A stretch of DNA of 64,000 nucleotides, taken from the NCBI GenBank assembly GCA_003485765.1, contig DNHS01000056.1, forward strand, positions 8,064-72,063, written 5' to 3'. A program made the translations under genes and the position numbers. The DNA comes from Candidatus Omnitrophota bacterium (GTDB lineage: Bacteria > Omnitrophota > Gorgyraeia > Gorgyraeales > Gorgyraeaceae). Below the pieces are notes generated by a model. It was not told where the DNA came from. It ran no database searches and saw nothing but the letters and a program-made list of their open reading frames with translations. This document shows, one piece after another, positions 51,108-58,775 of this stretch; position 1 is the stretch's first letter; every line of letters begins with the position of its first letter.

Positions 51108-51372
51108 ATAAACTCAATACGCCTGTTTTTGATAACTTATTTATAAAGCTGCTGGCATCTTTTTTCGCTGTCTCATAATTAACGTCGAATTCTTTAAGTA
51201 CGGCGTCTATAATTTTATTTACCTTTGTTTTGCCATCCGCCAAATTCCATATAAAGCTTCCCATGGGATTAAGAAAGTAAAAAGCATTGTCCTTTAGATT
51301 TAAAATAACTGTTTCTCCGTCTATTATTCTACAGTGAAGCTTTTTACCAGGTAATACGTATTTGTCAAGCAC
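51076..51372 (-). CDS. PqqD-family protein (RiPP recognition element), copy 2
   Basis: 98 aa. IDGETVILNLKDNAFYFLNPMGSFIWNLADGKTKVNKII PqqD pattern. GTG start with AGGGAGG RBS. Overlaps copy 1 by 32 nt. Confidence 0.7.
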   Translation of the reverse strand: MLDKYVLPGKKLHCRIIDGETVILNLKDNAFYFLNPMGSFIWNLADGKTKVNKIIDAVLKEFDVNYETAKKDASSFINKLSKTGVLSLYDKPQTALKS

Positions 51373-51515
51373 AATGCCTCCCTTTACCTTATTGAGTATA
51401 AAATACTGCTAAGATTAAGAAATATCAAGAAAATAATTAAGTTTTCAGGTAGGATTTATTAGGAATGATGGCGTTTCTTTATCTTTTCTATAAACATCCT
51501 TTGGGTTTAATATAA

Positions 51516-51659
51516 CTAAGCGCAGGAGGTACAACTGGCGCAGCTGGAACAACTCGTGCCTACCCGATTATTCAGTTTTCCTTCTTTTTTCAACTGCGGT
51601 TCTTTAAAAAACTTTTTGTATTCTGGTTTTTGATATTGTTTTTTATTATTCTTGTCCAT
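51516..51659 (-). CDS. Candidate RiPP precursor peptide (47 aa): MDKNNKKQYQKPEYKKFFKEPQLKKEGKLNNRVGTSCSSCASCTSCA
   Basis: Not in the ORF track (<60 aa). Manual translation of the minus strand. AAGGAGGA RBS 5 nt upstream of the ATG, own promoter, Lys-rich leader, C-terminal C-x-x-C-x-x-C-x-x-C Ser/Thr-rich core. First gene of the operon. Confidence 0.6.
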   Translation of the reverse strand: MDKNNKKQYQKPEYKKFFKEPQLKKEGKLNNRVGTSCSSCASCTSCA

Positions 51660-51685
51660 ATACATCCTCCTTATCTTATATTAAT

Positions 51686-51714
51686 AGTATAAAAGATATA
51701 TTAAAATTGGTCAA
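51686..51714 (-). promoter_or_regulatory. sigma70-like promoter (TTGACC-17nt-TATACT) for the precursor operon
   Basis: Minus-strand TTGACC at 51714-51709 and TATACT at 51691-51686, about 27 nt upstream of the precursor ATG. Confidence 0.45.
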
Positions 51715-51901
51715 GTATTATCATTTTAAAAGTTTTCGAAAAAATTATAAAATTAATATTTTTCTAGTAGCTATGACCGTGATTTAAAAACTTAGAAAGC
51801 ATTTACCTTTATGATATAAATTATAGCATATAATATAACAATTGCAAGGTCATTTTTTTCTTGATTTTCAAATCTATATATAATAAGCTTATTATATAAT
51901 C

Positions 51902-53059
51902 ATGCATAACGCATTATCCAAATCCAGTCTTTTATTGAATAAAAATTCTCCTCTTCCAAGTCTAAATAACGCTGAATTAGAGATAGTCCTTAAAGAATCT
52001 TTATACCATAGCCTTACAAATCTTATCTATTTAACTATAAAAACATCGGATAGATACAAAGAATTAATTCATCATCCTGCATTTTCTCGTCTAAAAAATA
52101 GCTATTTTATGACAGTTAAGGATAATATGCTGAAACAGAAAGAGTTTATTGATATTAGCAATGCTTTTGAAACCGCTGACATACTTATGGTTCCTATCAA
52201 AGGCATGGCTTTATTATTTGATGTTTTCCAAGATAATTTAAGCCGGCCTATGGCTGATATAGATATTTTAATAAAGAAAAATGACCTGGAAAAAGCTAAA
52301 CAGCTCATGCAAGGTCTTGGCTATAAAGCAGCTCTCGGAAATTTTTCAGAAAGATATTATACTGATTATTACCATCATCTGCCTTTTTTTAAAGCATCTA
52401 TGGTAGAACTGCATTGGGATCTTGCAGTTCCAAGGCCGAATAAAATTATTTTACCTGAGTTGTGGGATAGATTGCAAAAGATTGAGCATAATAACGCCTT
52501 TTTAAACATCCTCTCTCCAGAAGACACGATATTCTCGCTTGCGCTTCATTTAAGAAGATTTAACACACCATTCTCATTAAAGCCCATATACGATATTTAT
52601 AGAATAATGGAAAAATACGATAAAGAAATAGATTGGGAGTATCTATCAAAATACAGCGGATTAAACAGGCTAAACTCTATTATCTATTACTCCCTGGTTT
52701 CTGTTAAAACAATATTTGAATATCCTATATCTGAAAAAGAACTGGGGATGTTTTACCCTGGTATATTAAGAGCGTCTTTATTAAAATTATTTATAAATAG
52801 GGTCAAGAATAGAGGCGTTACGAGACTTATAAAATCTGCTTCTTTTAGAAAATACGCCTATATATTTTTACGTTTTTTATTATATGACCGCTTGTGGGAT
52901 CTTATAAAATTCATAATACTTATACCTGAGGAAGAATTCAGCCGTTTCTATTCAATCGAATTTCCCTCAAAAGTATCATCCGCTATTTACAGTCTTAGAT
53001 TTTTGGCCATGCCTTTTCTAGCCTTATTAGACAGGTTTTCTAAAAAATCATCTATATAG
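51902..53059 (+). CDS. Nucleotidyltransferase-family protein (PF14907-like uncharacterised NTase)
   Basis: 385 aa. Pol-beta-like NTase core hinted by ...GMALLFDVF...RPMADIDILI. Divergent from the precursor operon. This family co-occurs with HprK-like kinases in lasso-type loci. Confidence 0.5.
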   Translation: MHNALSKSSLLLNKNSPLPSLNNAELEIVLKESLYHSLTNLIYLTIKTSDRYKELIHHPAFSRLKNSYFMTVKDNMLKQKEFIDISNAFETADILMVPIKGMALLFDVFQDNLSRPMADIDILIKKNDLEKAKQLMQGLGYKAALGNFSERYYTDYYHHLPFFKASMVELHWDLAVPRPNKIILPELWDRLQKIEHNNAFLNILSPEDTIFSLALHLRRFNTPFSLKPIYDIYRIMEKYDKEIDWEYLSKYSGLNRLNSIIYYSLVSVKTIFEYPISEKELGMFYPGILRASLLKLFINRVKNRGVTRLIKSASFRKYAYIFLRFLLYDRLWDLIKFIILIPEEEFSRFYSIEFPSKVSSAIYSLRFLAMPFLALLDRFSKKSSI

Positions 53060-54183
53060 TTTATAAAATTGCTCCAGTTATATTTTATTATATCTTTCCT
53101 GCCAAGGCTGCCCATTTGCATTGTCAATTCCACGTCCATAGCTATTTTACACATATAAGATGCGTATTCTCTTGCATCAGGTGAACTTAAAAATCCTGTT
53201 ATGCCATTTTTTATAATTTCCTTTGGCCCGCCGTTATTAATAGCAATAACAGGCTTAGAAAAAGAAAGCCCCTCCAGCACAGTAAGGCCAAAGTCTTCAT
53301 TCAGGGTAGTTGAGAGAACTGCGCGGCAATCTTTGTAAAGGTTCAAAATATCTTTTTCCGAAGGGTTTATCGTAATGATTATATTTTTATTCGCAGCAGC
53401 CATCTTTTTTAATTTTTCATAATAACTATTATTTGTCTTATACAGCTCTCCTGCTATTATAAGTTTAAAATTACGCAATCCTTCATGTTCCATCTGCGCT
53501 ATATTAAACGCCTCTATTGATAATTCTATATTCTTCCACCATTTTATACGCGTTGGGTGGAAGAAATAATTCTCATATCCAGTATTTCCCGAAAAATACA
53601 TTGTGTCAACGCCAAGGTTCAAAACCTTTAATTTATAATCAGGCAGAAGGTTATTTTTCAGAATCCTATCCCTGACTTCCTTGCTGATACAAAAACACAA
53701 GTCATATAATTCAAACGCCTTTTTATCTATTACCTTGAATAAAAAATAAAACAGAAAATAAAATGGGGCCTTATGTAAATTTTTTAAAACATAGTCTTTT
53801 CTCAAAACATCGTCATATATAATCTTCAATGGGGTGTAACAAATACTAATTTTAGCTATATCCTTATTTTTGAAATTTATCAGGCCTCCCAGGCCTTCGT
53901 TATGCACGCATAAAGCATCAAACCCTTCGAGAGGAAGTTTCTGATTAAAGATAACCCACGCTGACCTTAAGGTATTAAAATAACTTCTCTCTACAGAGAT
54001 CTTTTTAAATTCCGTTATCCTGGATTTAAAATCCTCAAATTCTGGGTAGGTGGTATCTTTTTCATAAAGATTGGTAAACACATGCCAATCATGTCTGGAG
54101 CGCTTCAAGACTTCAAGTATCGTACGCTCAACACCACTTCTTAAATGGATATAAGGATAATATAATGCGATTTTTAAAGACAT
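52987..54183 (-). CDS. Glycosyltransferase family 1 (GT4-type)
   Basis: 398 aa, GT4 fold (N-terminal KIALYYPYIHLRSGVER, C-terminal nucleotide-sugar-binding half). Confidence 0.7.
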   Translation of the reverse strand: MSLKIALYYPYIHLRSGVERTILEVLKRSRHDWHVFTNLYEKDTTYPEFEDFKSRITEFKKISVERSYFNTLRSAWVIFNQKLPLEGFDALCVHNEGLGGLINFKNKDIAKISICYTPLKIIYDDVLRKDYVLKNLHKAPFYFLFYFLFKVIDKKAFELYDLCFCISKEVRDRILKNNLLPDYKLKVLNLGVDTMYFSGNTGYENYFFHPTRIKWWKNIELSIEAFNIAQMEHEGLRNFKLIIAGELYKTNNSYYEKLKKMAAANKNIIITINPSEKDILNLYKDCRAVLSTTLNEDFGLTVLEGLSFSKPVIAINNGGPKEIIKNGITGFLSSPDAREYASYMCKIAMDVELTMQMGSLGRKDIIKYNWSNFINYIDDFLENLSNKARKGMAKNLRL

Positions 54184-55478
54184 TTTTTAGCGCTCAGAAG
54201 AGATAATATCCCGGTATAACTCCAAAAAATATAACTGGGAACTATCCAGTAAAGCGTATCATAGGTTAAAAATGTGCACATTATACCTGCAAGGCCTGAC
54301 AAAAAACCTATCAACAATAACCTATTATCTCTGGTTAAATTAGCCTTAAGCTTTAAGCATGAACGCTTCAAAATAGAAAAAATAAAAATAAGAAAACCTC
54401 CCAACCCTACTATCCCTGCCTCTGCTAAAATTGTTATATACATGCAATCCGCTATCTTTTGGTCATATTCTGTTATATTAGCTATAGCCGGTAAATAATG
54501 GTCAAATAAAACCCTGTAATGTCCAAAACCTATCCCAAAAAAAAGATGGTCTTTGAGTATGGCTTCAAGCGCTGAAAAACGTATAATCTTTCTTAAATAG
54601 ACCTCCCAGCTTGATAGGTATCTAAGGCTGTAACGCCAAAATGCAAAATTATTGTAGCCTAACAGCACAGAACTAACCCATACTAAAAATATACAAAATA
54701 ATATAAGCCACAGTATAAAGACTATCTTCTTCCGCCTAATAAAAAAAGAGGTCATAATGAATACGCTTGTTAATAAGCCAATAAGCGCGCCCCTGGAAAA
54801 TACCAGAATAATACAAACAGCTATCGTAACTGCATAAATAAAAGCTGCTATTTTAAAAAATCTTTTCTCCTCTTTTAAGAACAATACATATGCAAGCGGA
54901 AAGATCGCTAAAAGGTATGTCCCGAATGATATTGGATGCATATGTATAGACATCATCCTAATGCCCTTATACGTCTCATAGTATAAACTTGTTAAATATT
55001 TTTCATATATAATATTGTTTCTTGTAGAGAATTCTATTATTCCATAAAGACATAAAACAAATGCCATAAAACATACAACTCTTAATATATATTTAGTATT
55101 TTGTATTTTAAATGTGATTTTTGCAAAAAAGTATAAAAATGGTATAGGAAATATATAGCTCCAGAAATGCCTATACATAGTAACCGACTCCACTGCATTC
55201 ACAATACCTGCCATTAAAGCCGCTAAAAATATCCAGAAAGGTATTTCTTCCCTGGAAAATATAAGCTTATACAATTGTCTGTCAATAAAAAGCAAAACTG
55301 AAAGAAAAATAATTAACACAACAAAAAACCAAAAGCGACAAGATTCATTAACAATCGGAGCGAAAAACGATATCCATAAAAACAAAGCTATTACTCCTGT
55401 TAACTTAAAATTATTTATTACTTTATCCATAATATATTGCGGCTGTAAGAATGCTATGATGAATCGCTTTTTAAGCAT
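54174..55478 (-). CDS. O-antigen ligase / Wzy-like polytopic membrane protein
   Basis: 434 aa with more than 10 predicted TM helices and a periplasmic loop. Sits in a glycosyltransferase cluster. Confidence 0.55.
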   Translation of the reverse strand: MLKKRFIIAFLQPQYIMDKVINNFKLTGVIALFLWISFFAPIVNESCRFWFFVVLIIFLSVLLFIDRQLYKLIFSREEIPFWIFLAALMAGIVNAVESVTMYRHFWSYIFPIPFLYFFAKITFKIQNTKYILRVVCFMAFVLCLYGIIEFSTRNNIIYEKYLTSLYYETYKGIRMMSIHMHPISFGTYLLAIFPLAYVLFLKEEKRFFKIAAFIYAVTIAVCIILVFSRGALIGLLTSVFIMTSFFIRRKKIVFILWLILFCIFLVWVSSVLLGYNNFAFWRYSLRYLSSWEVYLRKIIRFSALEAILKDHLFFGIGFGHYRVLFDHYLPAIANITEYDQKIADCMYITILAEAGIVGLGGFLIFIFSILKRSCLKLKANLTRDNRLLLIGFLSGLAGIMCTFLTYDTLYWIVPSYIFWSYTGILSLLSAKKCL

Positions 55479-55488
55479 CTTTTTTGAG

Positions 55489-56466
55489 CTAGCTATCCTT
55501 ATGCTTTATTTCTTCTACTAACGACATCTTCTTTGTAAATATTGCAGGTAAATATAATGAAGCGCCTAAAAATATTCCCAACAACTCCGCCATTCTTATG
55601 ATCGGGGAATATAAAATCCAGCTCAATTTATAAGATAAGTTTCTTTTTAAATGCGATATATATATCATATCTTTTATCGACTTAAAAATAAAAATCAAAG
55701 GAAGCTTTAATAATGCTGAAAAAGTCCATCGCTTAAGCAACAAATGATTTAATCTTGCATCATCAAAATATCTCTTCATTGTTCCAATAAAAGACTTGTG
55801 TAAATCATGAGAATGAATAACCTCTGAACTAGACTCAAATATGATCTTATACCCTTTTTCTAACATTCGTTGTGACCATTCTAAGTCTTCGCCAAATTCA
55901 ATATCTGCGAATGGATTTTTCAACAGCAGATCTTTTTTAATTGCGCAACTAATTGTATGAAATGATATAAATCTCCTTTTTTCTTCCACGTCTTTATTTT
56001 TATATTCCGCAAATGTCTTAATATGCTTTATTCTCTCGCTAAAAATACGATCATTGCGTAAGATGTCCAGTACGCCCAATGGGTTGCAATCTTGTCTAGG
56101 ACATAATCTGCTGCACACTCCGGCAACATCTTCGTATATTAAAAATGGCCTGATTAAATTATTTAACCAATGCTTATCTTTTGGCGTTGCGTCTCCATTT
56201 AAAAATACCAAATATTCACCCTTGCTTAAACACATGCCTAAATTTCGAGTTTTGCCATGCCCGAATTCTTCTGGAGAAATTTGAATCAAAACAACAGGAT
56301 ATTTTCTTATTATTTCTAAAACTCTACTGTTAGAACCAGAATCGATTATTATCACTTCAAAACCACAGCTTATCTCCTGGCAAAAAACAGCCTTAAGCGT
56401 TTCTTCAATCATATTTTCCTGGTTTTTAGTTAAAATTACTATAGAGATTTTTATGATATTATTCAT
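55489..56466 (-). CDS. Glycosyltransferase family 2
   Basis: 325 aa. ISIVILTKNQE...IIIDSGSNS... and DxD-type motif (LNGDAT). Confidence 0.75.
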   Translation of the reverse strand: MNNIIKISIVILTKNQENMIEETLKAVFCQEISCGFEVIIIDSGSNSRVLEIIRKYPVVLIQISPEEFGHGKTRNLGMCLSKGEYLVFLNGDATPKDKHWLNNLIRPFLIYEDVAGVCSRLCPRQDCNPLGVLDILRNDRIFSERIKHIKTFAEYKNKDVEEKRRFISFHTISCAIKKDLLLKNPFADIEFGEDLEWSQRMLEKGYKIIFESSSEVIHSHDLHKSFIGTMKRYFDDARLNHLLLKRWTFSALLKLPLIFIFKSIKDMIYISHLKRNLSYKLSWILYSPIIRMAELLGIFLGASLYLPAIFTKKMSLVEEIKHKDS

Positions 56467-57527
56467 GCTATGCGCGAGGTAGGCATAAGCTCTTTTACTG
56501 ACTCGACTACCTTTTCCATAGATATCTTATCCATACAGGTTTGTTTCTTATCGCATTTATTCTTATAACATGGGGCGCACTTTGCTTCTGTGATTATTTT
56601 AGAGCCTAGATTATATAAATCTATTTCCTGAGCACAGGTAGGGCCAAAAAGCGCAACAACCGGTTTTTTAAGCGCTATTGCCATGTGCATTGCAAGCGTA
56701 TCGGCTGCTATAATCAGCCCGCAATTATTAATCAATGCAGTGAATTCCTTAAGGCTATTGTCGCATCCGCTATCAATTACTTTACCATCCATTGCTTTTC
56801 TAATATATTTATGGATATCCTTTTCAAAAGGCCCTCCAAGTAATATTATTTTCACATTTAATTCTTTACACAATAACTCTATTAGACTAACTAACCTATT
56901 TTTTCCTAAGTTCTTATTTGCAAAAACCCTGCCTGCCCCTGTATTGATGCCAATAACAATATCGTCTTTATCTAACCCGTTCTTCTTGAAAAAACTGTCT
57001 GCAAAATCAATATGTTTTTTATCTAACTTTAATTCATAAGGATTGTTTTGATAGTTAAGTTTTGCTGTTTCAAATATTAGCTCCTGATAGGTCTTTTTAT
57101 TTTTAAAAAATTTTAACTCATCATCTATGCCTAACAGATAAGAATAACTCGCTTCCTTATTCAAAGGGCATAACTTGCCTTTTTTATCCAAGCCAAAGCC
57201 ATATTTTTCAGAAGCCCTGACAGACATAGCCAGAGAAGCTGCTTCAATAGCCTTATCTAAAGATATAACAATATCGAACTCTTCTCCGTTTAGCAGTAAA
57301 ACGCTCTTTTTGCTATAAACCAAAATCCGGTTTATGCTATCATTGCCTTCTAAAAGTTCCAGCGCTAACTCTTCGACAATCCATGTTATATGACTATATG
57401 GATATTTTTTCTTTAATCCAGATAAAAGCGTAGTTGTCCTTAAAACATCTCCTGCTGAAGCTAATTTGATAATTAAAATCTTTTTACTATTACAAGAAAT
57501 TGACATGTTCTCTAGGCTGTTTAACAT
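56463..57527 (-). CDS. Glycosyltransferase family 9 (LPS heptosyltransferase-like)
   Basis: 354 aa. KILIIKLASAGDVLRTTTLL... is the GT9 N-terminus. C-terminal GPTCAQEI... region. Confidence 0.75.
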   Translation of the reverse strand: MLNSLENMSISCNSKKILIIKLASAGDVLRTTTLLSGLKKKYPYSHITWIVEELALELLEGNDSINRILVYSKKSVLLLNGEEFDIVISLDKAIEAASLAMSVRASEKYGFGLDKKGKLCPLNKEASYSYLLGIDDELKFFKNKKTYQELIFETAKLNYQNNPYELKLDKKHIDFADSFFKKNGLDKDDIVIGINTGAGRVFANKNLGKNRLVSLIELLCKELNVKIILLGGPFEKDIHKYIRKAMDGKVIDSGCDNSLKEFTALINNCGLIIAADTLAMHMAIALKKPVVALFGPTCAQEIDLYNLGSKIITEAKCAPCYKNKCDKKQTCMDKISMEKVVESVKELMPTSRIA

Positions 57528-58563
57528 TCCAAAGTATCTGATTAAATGTATTATCTCTGCACAATGGTATGCAATTGCGAAAATCTATCCTATTTATAGC
57601 TTTAACCCTTTCTTCGGAATTCCAGATATACTTAAAACTTTTCTTTTTAAGGTCCCCTATGCAATATTTATTATAACCCCTAGTGTGGCAGCATATATAC
57701 ATCTTTCCCGTAGCGGATATCACAGTGGCAAACTGCTGGCCGTAACATTTCTTATAATACCTTCCAAACTTAGAGTCATGTGCCATCTCGTATTTATGCT
57801 GGGAATACAAAACCTTGAATTTGTTGCCTGAATATTTAAGGCAATTTACTATCTCATCCTGGACATCTGCCCAATAATACCTGAACTTTCCTCCGTTATG
57901 GATCTGCATAGGCCTGAATTGCAGATAATCAACACCTAATCTATCTGCTAGCAGCGTTGCCTTCATCATATCCGGTTTTGTATAATCACTAGTTAAGAAA
58001 CCTATTCCTACATTGCATAAACTTTTTATTTTTTTCTTTATTTTTACCAATAAAGCTATATTTTTTATGATTTTATTAAACTCGTTTCCATCAAGGCCAT
58101 GCGTCAGTTTAAATACTCCGGGCGATCCTGCATCCAAAGATACCCTCAGCCATGTGCAGTTATTTAAAAGAACGCTCGATGACTTATGGTCTAATAATGA
58201 CCCGTTCGTTATGAAACCCACGTCAAGGCCCTTTGAGCGGGCAAGCTTAACCATGTCCAGCGTGCAGGGATTGCATAAGGGCTCTCCGCCTCCTGTAAAT
58301 ATTAATCCTTTTATTTTGTTTTTTGCAAGCTGCAAGATAATTTTTTTAGCAAGTCTGGGGGTAAGAAAACTTCTATCATTGATTCTGAAATAATTTACAA
58401 CGCACTCCTGGCATCTATGATTACATATATTTGTCATATCCAATTCTACTGTGATTGGAGGCGTATTCTTTCCATTCAACCAATCATTTACCCTATCTAA
58501 GTGCTTCAATATCTTGTCGGAGCTAAACTGCCTCACATCAATCTGTCTTAAATCCATGCCCAC
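57490..58563 (-). CDS. Radical SAM protein with C-terminal Cys-rich (SPASM/twitch-like) region, embedded in the glycan locus
   Basis: 357 aa. CNHRCQEC (CxxxCxxC), GGGEP motif, C-terminal CC...C...C..C cysteines. Confidence 0.7.
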   Translation of the reverse strand: MGMDLRQIDVRQFSSDKILKHLDRVNDWLNGKNTPPITVELDMTNICNHRCQECVVNYFRINDRSFLTPRLAKKIILQLAKNKIKGLIFTGGGEPLCNPCTLDMVKLARSKGLDVGFITNGSLLDHKSSSVLLNNCTWLRVSLDAGSPGVFKLTHGLDGNEFNKIIKNIALLVKIKKKIKSLCNVGIGFLTSDYTKPDMMKATLLADRLGVDYLQFRPMQIHNGGKFRYYWADVQDEIVNCLKYSGNKFKVLYSQHKYEMAHDSKFGRYYKKCYGQQFATVISATGKMYICCHTRGYNKYCIGDLKKKSFKYIWNSEERVKAINRIDFRNCIPLCRDNTFNQILWNVKQPREHVNFL

Positions 58564-58775
58564 ACTATTTCTCCTTACTGTATCCCAAATTTATAAACAG
58601 ATATCTTAACCCAAACTTTAATAATATAAACCCGGTCGCTATTAATAAATATGTAAAAATTATGATCTCGCGTAAAACTTTGAAAATCATGCTTATCTTT
58701 TAAGAAACTTTTGCATAACTCATACCTTTCATATGCTATATATTCAGCTCATATATAAAATTTTCTCTCTTATTT

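Noticed and set aside
46126-53059. Classical lasso peptide cluster
   Set aside because: B1 (PqqD), B2, kinase and NTase homologues are present, but no Asn-synthetase-like lasso cyclase is in the window. An rSAM/SPASM enzyme and a Cys-repeat core are present instead. It is therefore reported as a hybrid or novel RiPP-type system rather than a lasso cluster.
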